In this document: piece after piece, positions 1 through 12,365 of the stretch
Position numbering within the stretch: position 1 is the first letter of the stretch
Layout: each line of letters begins with the position of its first letter
Assembly: GCF_006345805.1 (NCBI RefSeq)
Contig: NC_043003.1
Span: 55,862,001 to 55,926,000 of the forward strand
Origin: Octopus sinensis
Taxonomy: Eukaryota
Direction: 5' to 3'
Length of the DNA stretch: 64,000 nt
Notes under the pieces: model-generated
Told to the model about the DNA's origin: nothing
The model's database searches: none
What the model saw: the letters and a program-made list of their open reading frames with translations, nothing else
Translations under genes and position numbers: made by a program

Positions 1-230
1 CCTCTCAGGAATGATGCGATGCGATCAGATACGGGTGGAATTCCTGCTCAACCTCACCAGCGAGTTAAACATGGAGCAAGTAATACTCTAGCCAACCAGA
101 GCAAACAATATACTTTGTTCTCTGCCTCACAAAAGATATTACTCATGTCAATGATTCGATTCTTGTCAATGAATGATTGTAATCTTTTCTGGGCCTCTGT
201 ATCCCGTCTTTTGAACGAAAGTTTTGAGAA
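1..230 (+). mobile_element. Degenerate AP-endonuclease fragment of a CR1/Jockey-group LINE
   Basis: Reading across a stop and a frameshift gives EFLLNLTSELNMEQVIL*PTRANNIL/LCLTKD, resembling the PTRxxNxLDLxxT motif of LINE APE domains. Confidence 0.4.
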
Positions 231-740
231 ACAATTGTAGCGGAACTGGAAGAGAATTTAATATCTAGTACATTTGGTAAGCGGATTCTCTCGATTAAAA
301 TAGCAGCAATAATTCGATTGGCATTCATTTTACTGCAACCAGAATGATGTAAAGCAAATGCGAGCTTGGTAGGATTATATTTAAGGTGATGAGCTGGAAG
401 AAACTTAAGGATATCGTACAAATTGCTTAGCGCTGTTTCTTCCAGAGTTTTGTGTTCTGATTTAAAGTCCTTACGGTGTCAACATTTATGTTCATTTCTT
501 CGAGGTCGATGAAATAAATTATGCTCTTAATATTGGCCAATCGATGAAATTCACTTAACACCCATCCCTCAAAAAGGATAATTTTGAACCCAGAATAAGG
601 CCAGCGACCAGTTGAGGATCAAAGATGTAATTTTGCTCACTTAAAAGCCATGACAACTGAGTAATCAGCCTTATGAGTCACAGGCTTCAGAGAAAATTAA
701 AAGCGGGATTGACATTAATATATCACTCTAGCATTGCAGC

Positions 741-915
741 TTTGCAGTATTTCGTCCGTCTTCATGTTCTGAGTTCTAATTTTGTCGAGATCGACTCTGC
801 GTTTTCATCCTTCCTAGGTCGCTAAAATATGTAGCAGTGGAAAACTGGAGTCGATGTAATCGACTTAATCCTTTCCCTGAACATGCTTGCCTTCTGACAA
901 CATTTGAGATCAATA
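741..915 (+). mobile_element. Degenerate tRNA-derived SINE (family A: ...gttctgagttcaaattcc...gtcgat..atcgac)
   Basis: Diverged match to the younger copy at 41422-41655. Confidence 0.65.
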
Positions 916-1344
916 TAAAAATGTGTAATAGATTCATAAGATCCTATCTGATTGCTAATTAGTATCTTACATCTAGAAAACGATAGGACAAATACTCACT
1001 TCTGAACTTGATCATAAAATCATAAATGAATAACATAAGGAGATCATAAGGAGATTTAATTGATAACCTCAAACTGCTTTCCTCGAAGTTCTCCCGTGCC
1101 AGTCAGTCTACTAACCTCACCGCACATTCTTAAACATTATGATGGTAAATTAACTTCAGTCTTATATAACATATCTTTGCATGAGTAATATAATTACATT
1201 TACCGGTTTCTATGATGGATACGTTTTTTTCGCGTAACTAAACTATAATATCATTAAAATGCATCCAGATACATCAGTCTTTATATTACATTAAAATCTA
1301 ATCTACAAAACCTTTTGAGTACTCGTCTCTTCTATATCAAATAT

Positions 1345-1480
1345 GTGTGTAATATATACATATATTATATATATATATATATATATATTATAATATATAT
1401 ATATATATATATTATATATATTATATATATATACATATAACATATATATGTATGTATATATTCATACATACAAACATGCA
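1345..1480. repeat. (TA)n microsatellite
   Basis: Direct inspection. Confidence 0.9.
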
Positions 1481-1964
1481 CATGTGTATGTGTGCGCATA
1501 AATAGTCATATATATTTGTATGTATTTGATATGTATGTATATATTAAAGTGCATATATATCCACATGTATGGACGAATATATCCATATGTATGTGCATTC
1601 ACGTGTGTGTGGTTTCGATGGGAGTGATTGCATTTATGTTTTAACTGATATAACTCCACATAATTATTGTAGTACAGATATTTACAGAAACATAAATTGC
1701 CTCTGTTCCTTCACAGGGAGTTTAAAACCACATCATATCGTTTTTAATAACATTAACTACAGTAATATTGATAATGACCTTAAACTTCTATCAAAAATGT
1801 TTTCTTATTTTTAACTGAAATTTTACATAAGCTACCCTCGACGCAATTTTAATTACCCAGTCAAAATCTTTCAGAAATATTATTCTCTATCCATATATTA
1901 GAGCTTTTGCTTAGCTCTTGTTTATGTTTTTAATATATAATCAAAATCTGTTGTGTCTCAACTG

Positions 1965-2170
1965 ACTTGCGTGTGTACATATTATATACGTACATATTAT
2001 GCATATACATTTACGCATACGCTCATACATATATATATATATATTTATATATACATGTATGTATCTATATATACATACATGTATGTATCTATATATACAT
2101 ACATGCATATATATTTATAAATACATATATGTATTTATATATACATATATGTATATATATTTATAAATAC

Positions 2171-2201
<31 letters not shown>

Positions 2202-2319
2202 CGAGTGTGTTTGGGTGTGTATATGGGTGTATGTACATATGTGTGTACGTATGTATAGATATATATGTACATATACATATATCTGTGTGTGTGTTTCTGA
2301 GAGACTGTGTGTGTGTGTT

Positions 2320-2358
<39 letters not shown>
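1965..2358. repeat. Compound (TA)n/(TATG)n/(TG)n microsatellite
   Basis: Direct inspection; explains the overlapping YI/CV ORFs. Confidence 0.9.
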
Positions 2359-2359
<1 letters not shown>

Positions 2360-2379
2360 TGGCAAATAAAATGAGACAA

Positions 2380-3120
2380 CAGAGCGAAGGCTGTGAGGAA
2401 TTTTCAGGACATTTATAACTAGAAAGTTAGTCTTGCAGGTTTTTTTCTGGGATGTTAGGTATATCCCTTCATCAGAGACAGAAAAAGTAGAGCTCAATGT
2501 AAGGAGTTGTTTTGGAAAAGGATGGAAATAAGACGTATAAAGGGAAATAAGAGAATAAAGGTGGAAATAAAAATATATGTAGGATGTTATAGTTGCAGTT
2601 CCATTATGCAAGGAAAGTGGTGTGTAGAAGTGGTAGAAATACTTCGTGTCCATGGTATGTAAAATCCGATAGGTGTTCATATTTTGCCATTACAAATGGA
2701 AATTGCGGAGATGTAGATTCTATGTGGTCTTCATTCAAAGGGATCTTGAGGTGTGAAAGAAATTTTGAGAATGTAGTGGTAGTATTAAGTAGATACAGAG
2801 GAGAGAAAAATGCGTATCTTAAAATAAGGAGAAAGGTCAAAAGGAATAGGAGAGGAAAGAAGAAAGTAAAAAGAAGAAATAGGGAAAGAAAATGAGAAAT
2901 GTGAAAAAGTGTAAAAAAGGAAAAAAAGAGTGTTGGTGGTCAAGATATTATGACGAGGATGTGAGAGGAGTAGGGGAGGGATATGAAGAGATAAGAATGT
3001 AAGGAATGAATATGAATGAGGAGTGGGACGTGGGGTAATATGTTTGAACGGCATTAATATGGAGGGATGGATAAAAAATGGTAAAGGAGGGGTATACTAA
3101 AGTGAGTAGTAAACCTTAAA
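2380..3120 (-). mobile_element. Penelope-like element 3' remnant (GIY-YIG tail, pyrimidine-rich 3' region, decayed hammerhead)
   Basis: Minus frame LLNTTTTFSKFLSHLK resembles the NxTTLSKxIWxLK motif of PLE endonucleases. It is followed by GTCT-CTGATGA-AGGGAT..ATCCC-A-GAAA..AGAC at 2479-2430. Confidence 0.45.
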
Positions 3121-3426
3121 AGAGGTGTTTATTGTACTGGTTAATGTGATAGTAGAGGCTAAGGAATCAGAGAGAAAGAGCTTCCAGTGATTCACCTTGT
3201 GAATCTATCGACTTTTGTTTCACTGTTCAGTGTATGTTCCATAGAAGCAGTTTAGAGAACCTAAACTAGAAATACATGCATATTTAAGCATATATGCATG
3301 TGGGTAGTCGTATGTATGTATAAATGTATAAATATATATATATATATATTTATATATATGTGTGTGTGTGTTTGTGACTGCGTATATATGTATATATATA
3401 TATATTATTTGTATATACATATATAT

Positions 3427-3970
3427 GTCTGGATTACTGCTCCTAGCTATGTTCACCCAACAATGTGAAATTAACAGCGGACCTTGAAGCAATCCAGAGA
3501 AGATTCATACTTGGAAAGGCTGAAACAACTAAGAATCGACTCCCTAGAGCGAAGGCAGGAGAAGTATTCCTGGAAGGTATTCTGCCAGATTTTAGCATTG
3601 AAAGCTACACCAATGCCTAAACGAGTCGACACTGCATAGTGCCAAAGATCCCAGCAAGGCCATAGCGCTTCAGGACCAGTTACTGCAACAGCCTGAGTTC
3701 CAGTGGCCCGCAGCTTTTGATATTTCCTCAAAGACCCTGAGGAACCTGGACAATGTAAACGTAGGCGTTTTGAAACCAAGGCTGGTCCTCTTCCTGCCGA
3801 GAGTCCCAGATGAACCTACCTTACGGCAAGACGTGCAAATGACGGTAGCTACATGAAACTCCATTCGTCACCAAGTGCCATATGTTGGAGGAGGCTCTCA
3901 GTAATAACAGTGTAGCAAAATCGCGGTGGATGAGCATGGCCACAGCTCTGAGCAGAAACTACAGGAAATA
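3427..3970 (+). mobile_element. CR1-like LINE 3' fragment (RT C-terminus plus 3' UTR), degenerate
   Basis: LDYCS*LCSPNNVKLTADLEAIQRR...YLERLKQLRIDSLERRQEKY matches the CR1-clade LDYCSxxWSP...LExxQRR...YxERLxxLxLxSLERRR signature. It has stops and a deletion. Confidence 0.85.
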
Positions 3971-4010
3971 TGTATACATATATATGCACATACACACACG
4001 CACGCACACT

Positions 4011-4042
<32 letters not shown>

Positions 4043-4990
4043 GATATTATATATATATATATATATATATACATACGAACATATATACATTTATACGTGC
4101 GTTCGGCATTTTTTATGTGTAAAACGGAAATTATAATGAAAAAGTGCTTGTTAGCAAAATTTCATATGTATCTAAAATCCCCTTTAATTTAGTCGCCCAT
4201 CCATCAGCATCCATCATATACCCCTCTATTTTCATATCATATGTTATACAGCTCATCGATCTTTATTATCTAGAAAGAGCAAGTTATATAAAAAAAATCC
4301 GAAAAACTACAAAATATATTATAAAACAACAAAAATATTCGATACAAAATAATCGCAAAAACTAATCAAATAACAAGGTAATTATCATATAATTTTTTTA
4401 TACCTTTTTAAAATTAACGATTTTTAAAAATATTTTGTATTCGTATGGCTCTATCTATTCATCACACACCGAACACTTTGCGATTTTGTCGTAAGGAATC
4501 CTAGAGAATGGAAATTAGATATCCCTTTTTGAATATGCATTAAAGTTGATGATAGCTTCGTATTTGGATCCAAAGATGAAATCAGTAAATTAAAACTCAA
4601 TTATGCTTGTTGCAACCAGACCTCGATTGGATACTACTACTACTACTACAACAAGTAGTAGTAGTAGTAGTATTGCTATTGTTGTTGTTTTTGTTTGTTT
4701 TTGCTGCTGCTACGGCTACTGCTGTTTCTGCTGCTGTACTTGCTGCTGTTATGGATCTCTATTTCAGGATCATAACCTTATCAGAAACATACATCAGACA
4801 GCAATTCATCATGAGAGTGTGCGTTCATATATATTGATATATATGTGTACGTGTATGTGTGCGTGTATATATATATATGTGTGTGTGCGTGTGTGTGTGT
4901 GTTGTTAATTTTATTACTATACACACACACTCACACACACACACATACACCACATATATATATATATATATATACATATATATAATATAT

Positions 4991-5328
4991 GAGTAGCTTG
5001 CTTACCACATCTTTCCTGGTTCAGTCCCACTGCGTGGCACCTTGGGCAAGTGTATTGTACTATAGGCTGGAGGCGACCAAATCCTTGTGAGTGGACTTGG
5101 TAGGCGGAAACTATGTATGCGTGTGTGTTTGTTTGTCCCGCCACCATCGCTTGCCAACATATGATGGTGTGTTTGCGTTCCCATAACCTAGCGATTCGGC
5201 AAAAGCGAACCGATAGATAAGTACTAGGCTTACAAAGAATAAGTCTTGTGGTCGATTTGCTCGACTAAAGGCAGTGCTCCAGCATGGCCGCAGTCAAATG
5301 ACTGAAACTAGTAAAAGAATAAAAGAAC
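4991..5328 (+). mobile_element. tRNA-derived SINE (family B, ends cagcatggccgcagtcaaatgactgaaac)
   Basis: Near full-length; shares body and tail with 13522-13960, 25941-26150, 35627-35990 and 40225-40390. Confidence 0.85.
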
Positions 5329-5379
5329 ATATATATGACCTCTAAGCTAAATTGACCATCTGCATGAACGAAAAGGGCC

Positions 5380-5428
<49 letters not shown>

Positions 5429-6263
5429 CATGTACACACACACACACACACATATATATATGCTTTTCTGTGTATGTATGGTTTTATAAATATGTTTACA
5501 TGTGTGGTTATGTATTTGTATATGCGTGCGCTTGTATGTTTCTCTTCCGTAGCTGTATATGCAATTTGATTGAGAAACAGAGATCCTTTTTAGTTTGAAT
5601 TTCCAAATGGAATTAGGTCGAAATAGAAAGCAAACAGAAGCAAATAGCTTGAACTATGGACATTACTGATGATATTCTTGCGATTTTTATCAAAATATTA
5701 ATGATTTGCGTCTATTTGCATAAGGCTTGACTTAATGTTTTGAAGCAGTAGATTTTAGTCGTTTAATATTGATTCTAATGCTACAGATATTCGCGAGTCA
5801 CCAAATTACCATAAATATATCTTTTTCTGTGCCGGGTTGTAGCCTGCTAGAAACTGTTGAATACATGAATACGTAAAAATTATATCTTGAGAATTTCTAA
5901 GCATGTTGTTCAGTGTTCAGGGTCCGTTTAAATGCTACCAAATTCTGTTTTGAGTGCTATTTTTCCGTCTGTTTTTTTACAGCACTGAACGAGTAAGCCA
6001 GTGATTGAATCATCCTGTGTGAGGATGGCTGTAAAGGGACAGTCATGGCAGAGTGGTGAAGAACATGCCTACGTAATCACATTATTTTGACAGTGTATTC
6101 TACTATTGCTCCGAGTGAAATGATGTTTTGTGTGTGAATTTGGTTGACGCGACATATGTGAATTAGACAGATAGAAAATATATGCGTGTATGTATGTGTG
6201 TGTGCATAAGTATGCGTGTGCCTTTCGCTTACCCTAGAATACGTGTCAACTTCTTTACGCTTA

Positions 6264-6362
6264 GCGTCCATTACAACCTTCGAACAGGGGAGGTCAGCCG
6301 CTTCACCTTGCTAGTCAGAAATCTGTAGACATGTTTCAGGGTTGTTGCCCTTTATCAATGCA
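6264..6362 (-). repeat. 99-bp direct repeat, copy 1 (pseudo-LTR-like, contains hammerhead motif)
   Basis: 95/99 identical to 6627-6725. Confidence 0.95.
6323..6362 (-). ncRNA. Type I hammerhead ribozyme motif, U3-A8 core variant (copy 1)
   Basis: Minus strand TGCA-TTGATAA-AGGG caacaa CCCT-GAAAC AT GTC-TACAG. Stem II is perfect; stem I has one mismatch. Confidence 0.65.
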
Positions 6363-6453
6363 TCGTAGTCAGACCCAGCAGATGTCGCTACCGACCGTCT
6401 GTTCCAAGATTTTATTTACCTAGTTACAGTGGAATACATCCACTTGTTTTCAA

Positions 6454-6569
6454 TAATAGAAATATTAAAATTACTAAGTCTCTCTAAAGGAGATTACGGC
6501 AGCGTTACTGGATATTTAATAGTTATCGCCAAACTAATTTGGCAGTCCATAAATATCAGACTAAAGCTG
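6454..6569. repeat. Inverted repeat arm (partner 6724-6838)
   Basis: About 115 bp, reverse complement of 6724-6838 with a handful of differences. Confidence 0.95.
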
Positions 6570-6626
6570 TCGCTGTTTAGTTCATAGAGGCCATCGCCTC
6601 TAGCTAGCTATATGACACACGAACCT

Positions 6627-6725
6627 GCGTCCATTACAACCTTCGAACAGGGGAGGTCAGCCGCTTCACCTTGCTGGTCAGACATCTGCAGACATGTTTC
6701 AGGGTTGTTGCTCTTTATCAATGCA
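6627..6725 (-). repeat. 99-bp direct repeat, copy 2
   Basis: 95/99 identical to 6264-6362. Confidence 0.95.
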
Positions 6726-6726
6726 G
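6686..6726 (-). ncRNA. Type I hammerhead ribozyme motif, U3-A8 core variant (copy 2)
   Basis: Minus strand CTGCA-TTGATAA-AGAG caacaa CCCT-GAAAC AT GTC-TGCAG. Stem I is a perfect 5 bp; stem II has one mismatch. Confidence 0.65.
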
Positions 6727-6833
6727 CTTTAGTCTTATATTTATGGACTGCCATATTAGTTTGGCGATAACTATTAATATCCAATAACGCTGACGTAATC
6801 TCCTTTTGAGAGACTTAGTAATTTTAATATTTC

Positions 6834-6838
<5 letters not shown>
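6724..6838. repeat. Inverted repeat arm (partner 6454-6569)
   Basis: Reverse-complement alignment by eye. Confidence 0.95.
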
Positions 6839-6867
<29 letters not shown>

Positions 6868-7489
6868 TTAATTTCTTACAAGTTTCATTCAGTATTATTA
6901 TTGGCAAAAAAAGAAATACAGATTTATTCGGCCCCAAGTATCTTGAAGATCAACAGTTTCATCACAGGAACCAAGTTTGTCAATGTGGCTGAATCAAACT
7001 GTTTTTTTTTTAAATTATACATGCACATCGGCGGACGTTTTGACGGTAAACACTTTAGTAACATCGTTGCGCACAAAAACGTTAGTCGTAGAAGAAAAAC
7101 TTCCTTCAAGACAAAGATAGAAATGCAATTGTCAAGTAGGTAAACATTTTAAGTAGGAGAGATATATTCAAAATTCTTAACGCTAAACATTGCCGAGGAT
7201 AAATTAGAATTTATTATTGTTACTGAATATATTAGTGTTATTTAATTTATGAACTATTATGCTGCCGCTTGTTTATGTAGTTTAATTTCTTTATCCACTA
7301 GTTTCTACTAAGTTAGTGACGCGAGTGAAATTAATGATAGAGAAACAAGTATAACACTATGAAAGCAGCAACGGCACCATAACTTACATGGACAGCATGA
7401 CCTTGCTTTCAAGGGAGATAATCAGAGAAAGACTCGAAAGTCAGCGTAAAATCTTAATACTTCATGTTAAATAAAATATATATAACAAA

Positions 7490-7675
7490 TAATCCGCCAT
7501 CCTTGTCCGGTACCGGATCGATGCCCAAATCTAACCAGTCCGTGCCATTTACGAGGACAAACATCACTAAAAGTTTCACCCGAATCTATCCAGTGGTTCT
7601 TGGGATAAACGGACAAACAAACAAACACGACTGAAACAATATCTCCGCCTCCGGTAAGCTGGAGGTAATAATAAC
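7490..7675 (+). mobile_element. Probable non-autonomous Helitron/Helentron-like element
   Basis: 3' GC hairpin CCTCC-ggtaagct-GGAGG (7648-7665) after a (caaa)n tract. Family assignment is from recall only. Confidence 0.35.
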
Positions 7676-7829
7676 AATGCACACACTCAGAAACACACTT
7701 ACAAGAGAAACTAATGATAGATGTGTTGAAACAATTGTCGGGATTAATAATAAATTCTCGTATATTTCATCTTCTGTCTTTCATTTGCTATGTGTATATA
7801 TACACAGGGAAGAATATCGATATATACTT

Positions 7830-7877
<48 letters not shown>

Positions 7878-9104
7878 TATATATCGATATTCTTCCGTGT
7901 GTTTTTGAAAGTTCTGTATCTCTGCCGAAAGTCTTCTTTTCCCACACGCCAGCTGAATTCAATTCGTCCCCAGTCGAAAGACGTCTGTTGTTATGTCCTG
8001 TTATTATCATTATTACTTTTTTTTTCATTCTATTTTCTATTTATATTTGTGTAACATCGTCTATTCTTCCGTCCTTGTTTTCGTATAAATTCGATGCTTT
8101 CTTCAAAGGAATTTAATACTATTAGCTTAGTTTTTCCTTGGGGCTGGCCTGATTGGAGCAATCTCAAGATTAATCAGCCGAAATTGCGAGGATGATTCTG
8201 TTCTTCACTGAGGATAGAAAGCTCCCAATGACCCGTCCTTTTTTTTTTGTATCGTCTATCTGGATGCTATGTTGTCCCTTTTTGTATCACCTAGTTGTCC
8301 GGATTTTTGTGTTCTTGTCCCATTTTGTATTATATATATTTTTTTTTCTCAGTGTAAACTCTTTACGTGTTTATTTTCCAAAGGCACAACTATATTGCAC
8401 AATGCAACTTTGGCCTGTTTTTTCTAGCAAATAATTATAGCTTGGTAGTATTATGAATTCGATATATTAAATCTTGTGTGAATATCAGCTCTTAGCGTCC
8501 CAGATGAATTCTAATTTGCAAAACAATTTGATAAATAGACTTAATCGTTCACCCGGTATAATATTATTGTCTGACCCTTTGTTACATTGAAAGGTAGTCA
8601 CAAAACTGCAAGCACACCTGAGCAAACTTTGGTCTCATGATATATAATAGGTATTCACCATTTGCAGCAACCATTTCATCGGTTATTTCTTCGGCGCTAT
8701 CCTGCACCGGTCTAGTTGTAAGTTGTAGTGGTATTAGTAGTAGTAGTAGTAGATTTGTATGTATGTCTATATATGTATATATATTACATTATGTAGAAGT
8801 ATACCTATACAATTACCTGCCTGGGGTTGATGTATACAACTAAACGATACTTCAAGGCTGTGCTGCAACTTGGCCGCAGACTAACGCCCGAAAGAATTAA
8901 AAGACAAACGCTAAAAGATAAGATATATATATATATAAGGTTAGCTGAGTTAGAGGTTAAAATAACCATCTAACGAATAGAAGTATCCATTATACTACTG
9001 TATATTACGTATTTTTAACCATGGGCATACATATGCAATTATATTATGCTCATAAGTTATAGGTAAAGACAAGGATAAACATGAGTTTTTCAAGAATCAA
9101 AATG

Positions 9105-9316
9105 TAAAGAAAATAGAAAATGGAGAAATATTGATGAACTGCAATTGACTCACATCAACAATTATTTAATAATTCCATACAAATAGGGTGCATTCCATCT
9201 AGTAGCTGTTTCTGCTTCCAATGTTGTAACATATTGCCATTGATATGCTAAAATACTTATCATATTTGGTAATAAAGCCGATCCGAAATGGGGAACTTTA
9301 TCAGATGAAGCTCCAT

Positions 9317-9371
<55 letters not shown>

Positions 9372-9532
9372 TTAGCATATGAAATGCAATATACACTAGA
9401 TTATAGTGACTAGAAAATTGGAAGCAGAACAGCTGTTAGATGGGATGCAGTCTATTTGTATCGAATTAATAAATAATAATTAATGTAATTCAATTGTTGT
9501 TCATCAATGTTTCTCCATTTTCGGTTTCTTTA
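9105..9532. mobile_element. Foldback/MITE-like element with about 150-165 bp imperfect terminal inverted repeats and a central (TA)n
   Basis: 9105-9255 is a diverged reverse complement of 9368-9532; the termini lie at TA. Confidence 0.7.
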
Positions 9533-9573
9533 TATATATAAAGAAAACCGAAAATGGAGAAACATTGATGAAC
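9499..9573. repeat. 75-bp near-perfect palindrome centred on (TA)n
   Basis: gttcatcaatgtttctccattttcggtttctt-tatatatata-aagaaaaccgaaaatggagaaacattgatgaac; one 1-nt indel. Confidence 0.95.
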
Positions 9574-9594
9574 ACACACACACACACACACACA

Positions 9595-9708
<114 letters not shown>

Positions 9709-10220
9709 TTAAGAATCCTTTCGATTCAGCCCCACTGAACATAAAGTTTCGCAGGTTTCTGATACGAAGGTAGCTTGACAGGTCCGCAGTTTCCTAAGGA
9801 TGGACCGAATGAATACGTATTCTCTTCTACGGAATAACTAAACAGAATGTGCGTGGCATATTTTAAAGTTTGTATAAAAGAAAGGGAAACACAAATAAAA
9901 TTATTTAAACATTCGAGAAATATGAAACTAATTATATCTAGGTGGTATAACAGTTTATTTAAAGTAGCCACCCTCAGCTTCCACAGTTGCCTCATGACGG
10001 CTCCCGAACAATGGAGTGTGCTTTTTTCATTATATCCTTAAGAAGATCTTCGAACACCGCATTGATCCTAACCATTAACCCCACTTTGCTGTTGCAAGTA
10101 GAGCGGTTAGTGTCTTTCTCAACTTTGCCCCACAATCAGTAATTCGTATGATTATAATCGGGAAATAATTAGTCCAGAAAATTGGAGCCGGTAAAATCGT
10201 AAAAATTTATTTTCAAGCCG

Positions 10221-10290
10221 TCACTTCAGAATCTTCCTTGCGGTATGGTAAGGCGACACTTGAGAATCTTCCTTGCGGTATGGTAAGGCG
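10221..10290. repeat. 35-bp tandem duplication
   Basis: cactt(c/g)agaatcttccttgcggtatggtaaggcga twice. Confidence 0.95.
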
Positions 10291-11169
10291 ACAAACATAT
10301 CACCGCATACATTGCTTACCAGGAGATACCCTCTGCAATAATGGGATTGACTACTACCTCTAGAAGATTTACATAGCCGTCTGAATTGAATTTGAGTCAG
10401 TGGATGCCACGGCTTCGTAACCTTCGTTGCACATTTTACAACGCACTATGTTAAAAGTCACAATGTCGGCATTTTGATTTGCGATACAGGTAAAGCTTTT
10501 TCAATATTCCAATAGCCTCCATTCTCCTAACAGTTTGTTAAATAGAATTTTGTTTTCGTTATGCCCTCCAGTGTCATTGCGTGAGCACAAATACATCGAG
10601 CTGTACATGAACAAGAAAAAAGAAAGGGAGAAAAATATCGACGTATTTAACCTGAACACTCTGTATATGTAACTACTATCAAATATGTTGAATGCCTCTG
10701 TAATTTTTGGTTCGGTTAGGAAAAGGAGGGCAATGCACATAAACTCGTCCTCTTCCTTAAGGATTTGCAAACTTATGCAGGATATATGTATTTGCATTTT
10801 GGAAAGGTATCTTTAAACTAAAACCTTGGCCCGAAAGCTACCCAAAATGTTTAAAGAAAACAGCAAGGACACACGACATTCCAGGCAAATCCAATGTTCA
10901 ATAGAAGACCGAAGAGATAGAGAACACGACTAACTTCGGCAGAATTTGAACACTTAACACAGAATATCGGAAGAAATACCGCATAAAATCTCATTTTACT
11001 CTTCTGCGTCAATGCTAATTTGCTTCGAGTTACAGAACAACATATGGATAGCCATCTCTTTTTCTCTCTTTATATATACATACATACAGGGAGTGAAATT
11101 TTTAATTGTGTATAATTATATATATATGTATATCAAAGAAATGAAAGCGTTCGCCTGAGAGGGATTGTG

Positions 11170-11192
11170 AGTGGTATATATATACACATACG

Positions 11193-11273
<81 letters not shown>

Positions 11274-11302
11274 ATATTTATATATATATATATATATATA
11301 TA

Positions 11303-11335
<33 letters not shown>

Positions 11336-11395
11336 GTACATATATACATATATACATATATGTATACAAACACACACATATACATGTAACATATA
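11170..11395. repeat. Compound (TACA)n/(TA)n microsatellite
   Basis: Direct inspection. Confidence 0.9.
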
Positions 11396-11814
11396 TACTG
11401 AAGAAACGAGAGGGTTGGCCAGAGAGAGATTGTGAGGGGTAATGGACGACCTATCGTATAGCATCATCATCCATTTAAGTCTTAACAATTTCTTCATTGG
11501 CACAAACAACTATAGTTATTTGACATCTATATTAATTACATCGTCGTTGCATTCTACTTTGTATAGTTCTTAGGAGAAGAATTATCTTCGATATGAAAGC
11601 GACCATTTTTCATAGCCATAAAAGAAATTCCGGTCGAATTCTTCGACAAAAGACTATTGAGAATTTAAGAATGCTGCGAAATGGCGTTTTCATATATTTA
11701 CTTATGTATTTTATTTATTTATTTATGTTCTATTGTATTGTATTTCTGGGGATTTGGTTTTCGTTTTCGATTTCTTTTCAAACAATGAAAAATTCACAAT
11801 AGAACACATTGATA

Positions 11815-11987
11815 TACGTGTATGTATGTATGTATGTATGTATGTATGTATGTATGTATGTATGTATGTATGTATGTATGTATGTATGTATGTATGCATG
11901 TATGTATGTGTGTGTATGTGTATATATGCATGATTGATTCTATAAAGAAATGTATGAGACTATGTATATATATTCGTATACTCATAC

Positions 11988-12023
<36 letters not shown>

Positions 12024-12365
12024 ATGTACGTATATGTATTCACATACCCATGCATATATATGTGTGTCCATATATATACATACACACACACATACACGCA
12101 TACACAGACATATATATATATGTATGTATGTATGTATGCATTATTGTATATATACGTGTCTCTGCTAGGATTTGTTTATATTTTGACAGACCACGACGCT
12201 ACTTATATATAGGCGTATGCTTACAGGCCCGCGTGGGTATATATAAATGTATAAATATATACATGCACATGTCTGTGTGGCTGTGAATATATGTATGTAT
12301 GTATGTATGTTGTTTGTATATATGTATGTATTTTTGTATATATGTATGTATGTATATATGCATGC
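11815..12365. repeat. (TATG)n and mixed TA/TG/CA microsatellite block
   Basis: Direct inspection. Confidence 0.9.

Noticed and set aside
143-421. 92-aa minus-strand ORF as a gene
   Set aside because: It is antisense to a LINE fragment and begins within a decayed SINE.
1201-1277. Hammerhead as an intact RNA gene
   Set aside because: The core is CTGATGT and stem I is unpaired; it is kept only as a decayed example.
4540-4600. VDDSFVFG as an RT catalytic fragment
   Set aside because: Too short, with no flanking RT motifs.
8200-8228. CTGAGGA-TA-GAAAGCTC stemless hammerhead
   Set aside because: There is no stem II and stem I does not pair.
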